NCBI GenBank assembly: GCA_964414145.1
Contig: CAYPVH010000001.1
Location: 82,816-146,815 of the forward strand
Direction: 5' to 3'
DNA length: 64,000 bases
From: an uncultured Gammaproteobacteria bacterium
GTDB taxonomy: Bacteria; Patescibacteriota; Microgenomatia; UBA1406
A program made the translations under genes and the position numbers. Position 1 is the stretch's first letter, and every line of letters starts with the position of its first letter. The notes under the pieces were generated by a model, which was not told where the DNA came from, ran no database searches, and was given only the letters and a program-made list of their open reading frames with translations. Positions 27,241 to 35,683 of the stretch are shown piece after piece.

Positions 27241-28692
27241 CTATTTTTGTTTGATATACAAAGGTTCGTCGACCTTATACCCTTTGTCATTTTTATCAAG
27301 GTATGGATAACCTAACTGGTTCACATAGCCGAACCCGTTTACATACACCTCTTGTACCAATTGACCTGCAAAATAAGAAGGATGCCTATCGTCTTCTAGT
27401 TTAACCTCGACTTCCCATTTGTCCTGTTTAATGACATCGGTCAAAGCATGGAAGATGCCCTGAATGTGAGGTGGAAATAAGAGTTTAGTATTGCTCCCAG
27501 CGTTCAGAAATCCAGCTTCAACCTCATAATCGCTTTTTATATTAAAAACCGTTTTGAATACTTCTAAGGTTTGAAAGAAACTATCGATATACTCTGTTAG
27601 GGCAAACGCATTTACTACGTTGAATTTTTCATCCGTTTTATAATCGCTGACACCCCAATTTAAGAACTCGTCTATTGAACCAGCACTAAACAACCTACCT
27701 CGAATATCAAAACTCGTGAGCTTGCGGTTACCGTTTGTGATTTCCCATTTGTTTTTATTGGGATATGGATATTCAGATTGGGCTACACGTAAATCCCAAC
27801 CCATCTCTCTTAAATGTGGCGTATTTTTAATAAAGTGGTAAACAGATTTATCGCCTTGCTCCCAGAAATCTTTGACAACCGCATCTTTAATAGGGAAAGC
27901 AAAAAGGTAAAAAAGACCTTTTGAGCTATCTAGTTTTTGTATAGCGTAATCAACAATCTCATCTCTTAATGTAGTTTTTATTTGTTTCGCATCTTCTTTA
28001 CTTATTTTTTTTGAAAGTAGGTCTATTTTTGTGTCAATAGCTTCCAGCATTGATTTGAGGTATCTTGCTTGACCGTTATCATCTCCCCTAAACCCTGCCT
28101 GGATGAAAGTATGCAGTTTTTCAAGAGAATATGGAACGTTGACTGAACGGTCTCTAAAATATAAACCGAAGTTCTCTTTAATTGTTGATACACCCTCTTC
28201 ATATTTCTTAGATAAACTCACCAGCAACGGATATTCAGCAGTTTCACGAATATCTGCAATCTTTATCCAAAAGACTTTTTCATTCGTGCCACTATATCCA
28301 TATTCAAGCCACTGTCTCTTAAAATTGGGGATGCTATAGCCGAAAAGTATATCTTCCCAGCTCTTCATTTGAATATGGTCTTTAGGAACTGGCGCAATCT
28401 CAGTAATATATTCTGTTTTTTCGTTCGACTTTTTCAAAGTCTTAACACCGATACAGATAATCCCTCCACCTGAATTAGCAATCGAAACCACATCTTTAAC
28501 CAAATTAAACTTATGTCTTTCTTTGTCTGATTGCTCGCCAATAGAAGTTAAATAAGAAACCTCTCTGCATTCAAAATATGCCGTTTCTTCTACTCCAATC
28601 AATTCTTCGGGCTTGTTAGACGAAAGAATAGCAATCACCTCGTCAAGTGAAATGCTTCTGGTTTCTATAGCATCTTTTGCCTTGTCTCCCAT
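27241..28692 (-). CDS. AlbA_2 (Schlafen-like) N-terminal domain protein
   Basis: ETAYFECRE...LVKDVVSIANSGGGIICIGV resembles the AlbA_2 E..EFK...AFAN..GG.l.iGV signature. The C-terminal 330 aa or so are unassigned. It lies 17 nt upstream of the Shedu-like gene. Confidence 0.5.
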   Translation of the reverse strand: MGDKAKDAIETRSISLDEVIAILSSNKPEELIGVEETAYFECREVSYLTSIGEQSDKERHKFNLVKDVVSIANSGGGIICIGVKTLKKSNEKTEYITEIAPVPKDHIQMKSWEDILFGYSIPNFKRQWLEYGYSGTNEKVFWIKIADIRETAEYPLLVSLSKKYEEGVSTIKENFGLYFRDRSVNVPYSLEKLHTFIQAGFRGDDNGQARYLKSMLEAIDTKIDLLSKKISKEDAKQIKTTLRDEIVDYAIQKLDSSKGLFYLFAFPIKDAVVKDFWEQGDKSVYHFIKNTPHLREMGWDLRVAQSEYPYPNKNKWEITNGNRKLTSFDIRGRLFSAGSIDEFLNWGVSDYKTDEKFNVVNAFALTEYIDSFFQTLEVFKTVFNIKSDYEVEAGFLNAGSNTKLLFPPHIQGIFHALTDVIKQDKWEVEVKLEDDRHPSYFAGQLVQEVYVNGFGYVNQLGYPYLDKNDKGYKVDEPLYIKQK

Positions 28693-28759
28693 AACACTAT
28701 TCTATCGCAAACTGATAAAATATGATAAACAAACATAAGTATTGAAGATGTAATGAACT

Positions 28760-29473
28760 ATGCCGAAACTATCTGATAAAAAACTAACTCTTGGCCAAAT
28801 AAGTAAACTCTCGACAGAGGAGCAAACAAAGATTTTTGAACCAGTCGTAAAAGCAAATGAAAAGCAATTTAGGCAAATTGCCAGCACAATTATTGATGCT
28901 ACTAGTTTCGCCAAATCAATATCTGCTATAGCCTCAACTTTCAAGTTGCCCAATCTGGACTTTATCAAGAACTTCCAATTACCAGAAATTCCCCTATATG
29001 AACCACCCAAACTTGATATAACCAGCTTTGAAAGGTATGACCCACCTGTAACAATTAAAAAGACGCAACAAGAGTTAGAGCAAGAAGCAAGAGAGGCATA
29101 TAGAACCGAGCTTCAAATTCAAGTTCTTGAACAGCAGTTAAATATCTACAAAGGTATGCTTGCCCCTCAGTACGACATAAATACGGGTATTATTACATTT
29201 TTTGGTAAACAGATAGTAATTCCGTTAAATACAAAGCTCGAAATGGTGTGTCGTGTCGTTTTGAAAAATTCAAAAAATATGAAGCGAAAATGGTCTTGGG
29301 ACGAAGTGGTTATTGAAAACAGAGAGGAACCAGAAAACTTCACAGCCCGACAGATATACAATGCTACTCGCTCAATTAATGATAAAGTAGCCATCGAAAC
29401 ACAAATTAAAGATTTTCTACTGGCAAAACCCTTTACCACAGTTCAGTTAAACCCCAAATTCCTTCCTAAATAG
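28760..29473 (+). CDS. hypothetical element protein
   Basis: 237-aa ORF transcribed divergently from the defence-like operon. Confidence 0.55.
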   Translation: MPKLSDKKLTLGQISKLSTEEQTKIFEPVVKANEKQFRQIASTIIDATSFAKSISAIASTFKLPNLDFIKNFQLPEIPLYEPPKLDITSFERYDPPVTIKKTQQELEQEAREAYRTELQIQVLEQQLNIYKGMLAPQYDINTGIITFFGKQIVIPLNTKLEMVCRVVLKNSKNMKRKWSWDEVVIENREEPENFTARQIYNATRSINDKVAIETQIKDFLLAKPFTTVQLNPKFLPK

Positions 29474-29516
29474 TTAGCTAACTATAGCTACAACCCCGTT
29501 TTATATCCTTTCGGTA

Positions 29517-29702
29517 ATGGATACCGAAAAAGTAACGACGAGTAAACGGAGTTTCACCCTTACTTCAGAAGAACTCAGCAGGCTGACTGAGTTTTTTTCG
29601 TTGCTCATCCAAATCGATAGAAGAAATAGAGCCAGAAAGGAGGTGAACCGTTATGAAAATCAAGGCATTCGGAAAGATGATAGACCGAGAACGGGCTTAT
29701 GA
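29517..29702 (+). CDS. possible small element protein
   Basis: 61-aa ORF that overlaps the next gene by 50 nt. Confidence 0.3.
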   Translation: MDTEKVTTSKRSFTLTSEELSRLTEFFSLLIQIDRRNRARKEVNRYENQGIRKDDRPRTGL

Positions 29703-29871
29703 AATCATTATCAATGACAAAATTACTGATATTTGCCACGCCAGAAACACAGATACACTCGAAGACCTACTTATGTATGGTTGGGTTTCTCTGGAAAAGT
29801 GGACAGATAAAGAATTAGAGGAATATATCAGCGAGTTACTTGTCGAAAATCAGCCAGAAGGGAAAGTATGA
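29653..29871 (+). CDS. small acidic element protein
   Basis: 72 aa, with the strong SD AAAGGAGGTG upstream. Confidence 0.55.
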   Translation: MKIKAFGKMIDRERAYEIIINDKITDICHARNTDTLEDLLMYGWVSLEKWTDKELEEYISELLVENQPEGKV

Positions 29872-30161
29872 AAGCAACTATAAACGAAGTTCAAATAACT
29901 CCAGTTAAAGCAAACGAAGGACTCGTGGGTTTTGCCAGCTTCGTTTATAACAACAGCTTTTATTTTGGGTCAATCGGTATCTACACGCGACCACAAGGAG
30001 GGTATCGATTGACCTATCCCACTCGTAAGAGTACGAATGGCAATTTTAATATATTTCACCCAATTAACCGAGAAGTGGCAGAAGAAATCGAAAGAGTAAT
30101 TATTTCCAAGTTTGAAGATGTAACGAAAATGTATGTTGGACACAATAGTTTTAACCCTTAA
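29868..30161 (+). CDS. SpoVG-like protein
   Basis: ITPVKANEGLVGFASFVYNNSFYFGSIGIY...YRLTYPTRKS...FHPINREVAEEI parallels the SpoVG sequence pattern. Confidence 0.7.
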   Translation: MKATINEVQITPVKANEGLVGFASFVYNNSFYFGSIGIYTRPQGGYRLTYPTRKSTNGNFNIFHPINREVAEEIERVIISKFEDVTKMYVGHNSFNP

Positions 30162-31302
30162 ATCAGGTATGTTTACGATACTTGACCACGACAAATTTAG
30201 TCCATCAACCAAAGGGCTTTATGACCCTTCTGGTTACTATCGCTTGGGTGGTAGGTCTAACATAACTTGTAAGCAAAACCCGACCCCAAATGAGCTTAAA
30301 AACGGAATTTACAAACCAAGACTGACAGTTACCAAAAGAATGAACCGAGCGGGTAATTTTGAGATACCATTAAAAATTGAGTTTTCTGTTCCAAAACTAC
30401 TCTACGGCAATAACTTTGACGAGCTAACTGACGCTGATTTTCCCGCAGTCATCCAAAAACTTAAAATCGTCTTAAAAGAAATGGGTGTTAGAGTATTTGA
30501 GCAATTTCTAATCAATGCTCCCGTCTCATCGGTCCACTACTCCAAAAACATCGCCCTGACCGATTACACAACGCCCTATACCTACCTATCCCAGCTAACC
30601 AAGCTCAACATCAATAAGCGACTGGACACCAACAGAACAGACTTTAGGAACGAGGGGCACAGCTTCAAGTATCGGGCAAACTCGTTTGAGGTAGTTTTTT
30701 ATGACAAAATCAAAGACTTAGAGCAAGCTAAGGTTAGCGAGAAACGGGCTGAAGAAGAAGATAATGCCTTACAGCTTAATTTATTTGATGTGCTGACCAA
30801 GCAGAAACCGCTTGAGGTGTTGCGAGTTGAGATAAGACTAAATAGACGACAAAAAATCAACCAAATCCTCAAGAAAATAGGCAAGGAAGTAGAACCAACT
30901 TTTACAAACATATTTAGCCAAGACACAGCCAAAAAGGTCTTGCTTCACTACATCAGCGAAATTGAGGAAGCATACCCGCCTTTACTGGCATATCAATACG
31001 ACAGTCCCAAAAAGTTTTTTTCTTGCTTTTTAACTGCAAATCCTAAAATCAAGCTAACGCCTATCTTGAAAATGCTGGGATTGAGAGCATTGCTTGAGGA
31101 AATTGGCATAAGAGAGTTTAGGGAAATGACCAAGCGATACGGCAATTCTACTTGGTATAGTTTGAATAAGGAAATGAAAGAGCTGGGTAAGACTGATGAG
31201 GTTAGCGTGTTCTCACTTCTTAGAAAGCAAATAACCGAGTTTGAGCCATTAAAACTACTTGCAATTCAAGACCAGATGTTAAATAATGATAAATATAACT
31301 AA
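30133..31302 (+). CDS. rolling-circle replication initiator, filamentous-phage gene II/X (Phage_CRI)-like
   Basis: The N-terminus MLDTIVLTLKSG and the block LKIEFSVPKLLYGNNFDELTD parallel M13 gpII MIDMLVLRLPF and VEIKASPAKVLQGHNVFGTTD, as recalled. Confidence 0.65.
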   Translation: MLDTIVLTLKSGMFTILDHDKFSPSTKGLYDPSGYYRLGGRSNITCKQNPTPNELKNGIYKPRLTVTKRMNRAGNFEIPLKIEFSVPKLLYGNNFDELTDADFPAVIQKLKIVLKEMGVRVFEQFLINAPVSSVHYSKNIALTDYTTPYTYLSQLTKLNINKRLDTNRTDFRNEGHSFKYRANSFEVVFYDKIKDLEQAKVSEKRAEEEDNALQLNLFDVLTKQKPLEVLRVEIRLNRRQKINQILKKIGKEVEPTFTNIFSQDTAKKVLLHYISEIEEAYPPLLAYQYDSPKKFFSCFLTANPKIKLTPILKMLGLRALLEEIGIREFREMTKRYGNSTWYSLNKEMKELGKTDEVSVFSLLRKQITEFEPLKLLAIQDQMLNNDKYN

Positions 31303-31480
31303 TATGAAACAAGACCAGTATTACTCGATTGAAGAAGTTGCCAAAACCCTAAAAGTTGCCTATTTGACCGTGTATCGTTGGGTAAGAGCTAACCGCCTAA
31401 CTGCATACAAAGCGGGCAAACAATACAGAATAAGCAAGGATAATTTATCTCAGTTCTTAAAGAAATATGAAGCAAGATAG
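31286..31480 (+). CDS. excisionase-family HTH DNA-binding protein
   Basis: YYSIEEVAKTLKVAYLTVYRWVRANRLTAYKAGKQYRISKDNLSQFL. Confidence 0.75.
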   Translation: MINITNMKQDQYYSIEEVAKTLKVAYLTVYRWVRANRLTAYKAGKQYRISKDNLSQFLKKYEAR

Positions 31481-33416
31481 TCTTTATGAAAATAACAAAG
31501 CAGATTTGCTCGACATCTTTGGAGCGAGTGAGTTGTTGGGTGTATCTACTGCTACCGTAAGGAATTGGATTAAAACAGGTCAGCTTGCTTACTCCCCTAA
31601 TGAAAGAGGAAAACTGTTGGATAAAAAACAAATTGAACAACTTAAAACCGACATTCAGAACGGAAAAACTGAACGACTAAATAATCGAGCAAATAAAAGA
31701 AATTCAAAATCTACCTTCATCCCGATTGAACAATTAAGCCATAAAGACAAACTGCCACTTTTACAGTCATATATCAAACAGATAAATAAACACCAAATAT
31801 CGCTTCAAACCGCCCTGCTCATTCACAGCCTTTCGGTATTAAAAAAAGCCAAACTAGCGACTTTCGATGAACCTGTTTCAACCCTAAATGAAGTCAAATT
31901 TAAGAACAAAAATATAGAGAAGGTAATACTTGAATGGCAAGAAAAAATAGGAAGGATAAATCTATCTAACCTTCAAGAATTGTTAAACATAGAAGATGTA
32001 TTCAGCTCTGATAGCCTTGGTGTTTTATATCAATCCTTGCTTGATGAGGGCAAAAAGTCCCAAGGCGGTTCTTATTACACCCCCAAAACACTAATTGATG
32101 ATGTTGTTAAAGATTTATCTAGCCAGATAAAGAAAGGCTCAAAGGTTCTCGACCCTTGTTGTGGAACAGGACAGTTTCTGGTTGCTTTTTCAGAACATAT
32201 CTCCAACCCATTACTTTTATGGGGTTACGATATTGACCCGATAGCAGTACAAATTGCAAAAATAAATCTTGTTACAAGCTATCCAGAAATTGATTTTTAT
32301 CCGAATATATTCGTGGCAAACAGCCTCAGAGAAAACCCTGATGGTAAATTTGACATTATTGCAACAAATCCACCTTGGGGTTATCACTTTTCAATAGAGG
32401 AAAGCGAAATTTTGAGAAAGGCTTATCCAAATATCATTTCGAACGAGGCTTTTTCATACTTTTTAGTAAGAGGGACAAGTCTATTAAATGATAACGGTTC
32501 ACTTTGTTATGTGCTACCAGAGGCAATTACAAAGATAAAACAGCATCGAGATGTTAGAGGTTTTTTGTTAAGTGGTAGTGCTATTAAAAGCATTAAGCAT
32601 TTAGGAAATGTTTTTAGCAAAGTGTTATCACCCGTAATAACATTGACCGTCCAAAAAACAAATGGTCTTCAGAACGAAATTGAGGTTACACAAAAAGATG
32701 GACTAATGTCCAAAATCAAGCAAAGCAGATTTTTAAGCAACTCTGACTACACATTTGATACAAGTATTACCGAAAAAGACGAACTGTTAATAGCAAAAAT
32801 TTACAAAAATTGTTTTACAACATTAAAAGATAATGCAGATTGGGCATTGGGTATCGTTACAGGCAATAATAGTAAGTTCATTTCGACAACCAAAACAGAC
32901 AATAACGAGAAGGTGCTGAAAGGTGCAGACATACAAAAATATACTTTTAATCCTGCTACTTCGTTTGTCAAATTTACACCTGACGAATTTCAACAAGTCG
33001 CCCCTGTATGGAAATATCGAGCTAAAGAAAAACTAATTTATAAATTCATTTCAGGTGAGCTCGCCTTTGCATATGACGACAAACAAACATTAACTCTCAA
33101 TAGTGCAAATATACTCATTCCGAAAATTCCAGAAATCCCTACAAAAGTTGTGTTAGTTTTTCTCAACTCAAATATCTTTCAATACTTGTGGAAAAAGAAA
33201 TTTAATACGGTCAAAGTATTAAGAGGCGACCTTGAACTTTTACCCTTCCCACGAATTGATGATAAAACTCTTGCAGAAATCGAAAAAGATGTAGATAGTT
33301 TGTTATCTGGTATTGAAAGAGATAAACTCGAAGATGAACTAAATGAGTTCGTTTTTGATGCGTTTGGTTTAACATTAGATGAAAAACAATATATTAAAAA
33401 TTTTATAAGAAAATAA
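31467..33416 (+). CDS. N6-adenine DNA methyltransferase (Eco57I/TaqI-like, gamma class) with N-terminal HTH
   Basis: GGSYYTP, VLDPCCGTGQFLV (motif I), IIATNPPWG (motif IV NPPW). TaqI_C-like segment ALGIVTGNNSKF. N-terminal HTH LLGVSTATVRNWIKTGQL. Confidence 0.9.
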   Translation: MKQDSLYENNKADLLDIFGASELLGVSTATVRNWIKTGQLAYSPNERGKLLDKKQIEQLKTDIQNGKTERLNNRANKRNSKSTFIPIEQLSHKDKLPLLQSYIKQINKHQISLQTALLIHSLSVLKKAKLATFDEPVSTLNEVKFKNKNIEKVILEWQEKIGRINLSNLQELLNIEDVFSSDSLGVLYQSLLDEGKKSQGGSYYTPKTLIDDVVKDLSSQIKKGSKVLDPCCGTGQFLVAFSEHISNPLLLWGYDIDPIAVQIAKINLVTSYPEIDFYPNIFVANSLRENPDGKFDIIATNPPWGYHFSIEESEILRKAYPNIISNEAFSYFLVRGTSLLNDNGSLCYVLPEAITKIKQHRDVRGFLLSGSAIKSIKHLGNVFSKVLSPVITLTVQKTNGLQNEIEVTQKDGLMSKIKQSRFLSNSDYTFDTSITEKDELLIAKIYKNCFTTLKDNADWALGIVTGNNSKFISTTKTDNNEKVLKGADIQKYTFNPATSFVKFTPDEFQQVAPVWKYRAKEKLIYKFISGELAFAYDDKQTLTLNSANILIPKIPEIPTKVVLVFLNSNIFQYLWKKKFNTVKVLRGDLELLPFPRIDDKTLAEIEKDVDSLLSGIERDKLEDELNEFVFDAFGLTLDEKQYIKNFIRK

Positions 33417-33418
33417 TT

Positions 33419-34165
33419 ATGCAATCACTAAAGCACCAATTAGACAGCTTAATCTCTCAACTATCAAAAGAGGATGAAGCAGTTTTGAGGCAAAAACTGG
33501 ATAACTTAATGTCTGTATATCCTTTTAACGAGTATGAATTTATCATTTCTACGCTCTTAGGATTAAAAAAACTTAACCTTGATGATTATTACTTAATGAG
33601 AGATGAGTATATTGCAAGAAATATGTATCTTCATATCTTCGAGATAAGTGCTCCGAGAGGTTTTGGGGAATTATGGGCTCAAGGGCATTTGAAGGAGTTA
33701 GTACCTGACTTGGTCAAACCAACAAAAAAAATCGACCCTAACTATGCTGGGCAATATGACTTTATGTTAAATGTAGATGATAGCAAGTTCGTTACAATCG
33801 AAGTAAAAGCATCAAGAGCTGTAGATTTTAATAGCCACGAACCCTTATACATAAAAGCTCTATCAAAAGATGAAGATATGCCTTTTGATATGAACTTTCA
33901 ACAAGTTAAGCCCAAATGTTGCGATGTTTTTGTATGGATGGGCGTTTGGAGAGATGTTATTAGATATTGGGTCTTTTCTTCGAATGAGGTAGCGTCAAAC
34001 AAATACTATTCAACAGGGCAACACAGGGGTAATGTTGGAGAGGGACAACTGCATTTCAACAGAGAAAATATAGGCGAATTTGCAAGTTATGAGGCAAAAT
34101 CCGACAGCTTAAAGCAAGCTATTCTTGACGCATACCTAAGACAAATTGCCCCAATTAAGAAATGA
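33419..34165 (+). CDS. candidate cognate restriction endonuclease (PD-(D/E)xK-like)
   Basis: YDFML...FVTIEVKASR fits D...E-x-K. It starts 2 nt after the MTase stop. Confidence 0.5.
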   Translation: MQSLKHQLDSLISQLSKEDEAVLRQKLDNLMSVYPFNEYEFIISTLLGLKKLNLDDYYLMRDEYIARNMYLHIFEISAPRGFGELWAQGHLKELVPDLVKPTKKIDPNYAGQYDFMLNVDDSKFVTIEVKASRAVDFNSHEPLYIKALSKDEDMPFDMNFQQVKPKCCDVFVWMGVWRDVIRYWVFSSNEVASNKYYSTGQHRGNVGEGQLHFNRENIGEFASYEAKSDSLKQAILDAYLRQIAPIKK

Positions 34166-34168
34166 GCT

Positions 34169-35683
34169 ATGAAAGCAGTCATAATTGCACGAGTATCAAC
34201 AGAAGAACAAAAAGACGCAGGAAATTCCCTGCCAGCTCAAATAGTTCGCCTTGAAACTTATTGCGAAAGAAAAGGCTTTGAAGTTATCAAGAAATTCAGC
34301 TTTGACGAGAGTGCATATAAAAACAACCGAGAAGAATTTGACAGTATCTTGGACTACATAATCGGGCTAAAAGAGACTATAGCCGTTTGTTTTGACAAAG
34401 TAGACAGGTTATCAAGAAATGTTTTTGATATGCGGGTTGCCACTCTTTACGAGAAAGCACTTAAAGACGAGGTTGAGTTACATTTTCCCTCAGACGGACA
34501 GGTTATCAACAGTAAAATCTCGGCAGTTGAGAAGTTTCAGTTTGGTATTAGCTTAGGACTGGCTAAATACTTCTCAGACGCCATTAGCGACAATGTTAAA
34601 CGGGCACAGGAACAAATGGTTAGAAGCGGTATATTCCCTGGCAAAGCTCCTTACGGCTATCGCAACATAGATAAAGAGGACGGCAACAAATGGATTGAAA
34701 TTGACCCAATAAAAGCTCAGGTTGTAGAAAAAATGTATGAGTGGTATTCAATAGGTAGTTATTCAATGAACGAGATAAGAGCCGAGCTTAAAAAGGTGTT
34801 TAATGTTGATTTCTCAAAGGGTTATATTGACGCAATTTTGAAAAATCCCTTTTACTGCGGGACAATGGTTTACAACGAAAAAGAATATCCTCACTATTAC
34901 GACAGGGTAATTACCCAAGAGCTTTTTGACAAAGTCCAAGAAATTAAAGCGGGACACCATAAAAAGCACTTCAAATATGCTGGTTTACCCTTCTTATACC
35001 GAGGTCTAATCAGATGTGCCGATTGTGGTTGCCTGATAACCCCTGAAAGGAAAACCAAGAAAAGCGGTAAGACTTATCATTACTACCACTGCACCCAATA
35101 CAACGGCAAGCACGGGGCAGAGTGGCTGACAGAGGACGACCTGACCAAACAGTTCTCGGCAGTCTTTGACAAGCTACAAATGCCACAAGAAGCCGTAGAC
35201 GATATTGTTGAAGCACTACAGACTAACCATAAGCACAAATCAGACTTTTACCACGACTTGCTAAATCGCTATCAGACTGAACACCAAAAGTATGAGACAG
35301 GCATTGAGAAAGCCTATGACGACTACCTGCTCGGTAGTATTACTAAGGACAAGTATGAGGAAAAACGAAAAGAGTATCGGGCAAATCAGAAAGCAATAAC
35401 CAAGAAAATTGAGAAACTACAATTTGCCGATGAGGAATACTATATAACCTCAGAATACCTGCTAAAACTGGCTTCTAACGCAGGAAAATTGTTTGAAAGT
35501 TCTGAAGCCCACGAAAAACGGCTACTTTTGAAGATGGCACTTCAGAACTTGGAGTTGAATGGCAAAACAGCCCGATATGACTGGATAAAACCCTTTGACA
35601 AGATAGCTTTTTACGCCTCTCGTCAAGCTTGGCTCCCCCGCCTGGACTCGAACCAGGAACCTACCGATTACATTTATCTCTAG
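34169..35683 (+). CDS. large serine recombinase (integrase)
   Basis: N-terminal resolvase domain VIIARVSTEEQ...DRLSR. Recombinase domain and zinc ribbon CADCGC...YHYYHC. Coiled-coil C-terminus. The last 18 codons are antisense to the tRNA 3' exon. Confidence 0.9.
   Translation: MKAVIIARVSTEEQKDAGNSLPAQIVRLETYCERKGFEVIKKFSFDESAYKNNREEFDSILDYIIGLKETIAVCFDKVDRLSRNVFDMRVATLYEKALKDEVELHFPSDGQVINSKISAVEKFQFGISLGLAKYFSDAISDNVKRAQEQMVRSGIFPGKAPYGYRNIDKEDGNKWIEIDPIKAQVVEKMYEWYSIGSYSMNEIRAELKKVFNVDFSKGYIDAILKNPFYCGTMVYNEKEYPHYYDRVITQELFDKVQEIKAGHHKKHFKYAGLPFLYRGLIRCADCGCLITPERKTKKSGKTYHYYHCTQYNGKHGAEWLTEDDLTKQFSAVFDKLQMPQEAVDDIVEALQTNHKHKSDFYHDLLNRYQTEHQKYETGIEKAYDDYLLGSITKDKYEEKRKEYRANQKAITKKIEKLQFADEEYYITSEYLLKLASNAGKLFESSEAHEKRLLLKMALQNLELNGKTARYDWIKPFDKIAFYASRQAWLPRLDSNQEPTDYIYL

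Larger units (their letters stand above)
25700..35683. mobile_element. integrated element of about 10 kb (serine-recombinase type) next to tRNA-Asn; left boundary approximate
   Basis: The block contains a large serine recombinase abutting the tRNA, an excisionase-type HTH, a gpII-like RCR Rep, a SpoVG-like gene, R-M genes and defence-like genes. It is inserted between a co-directional housekeeping operon (ending at 25650) and the tRNA. Confidence 0.6.

Noticed and set aside
28702-29010. 102-aa minus-strand ORF
   Set aside because: It overlaps the better-supported plus-strand gene 28760-29473 and the divergent promoter region. Its composition is hydrophobic nonsense.
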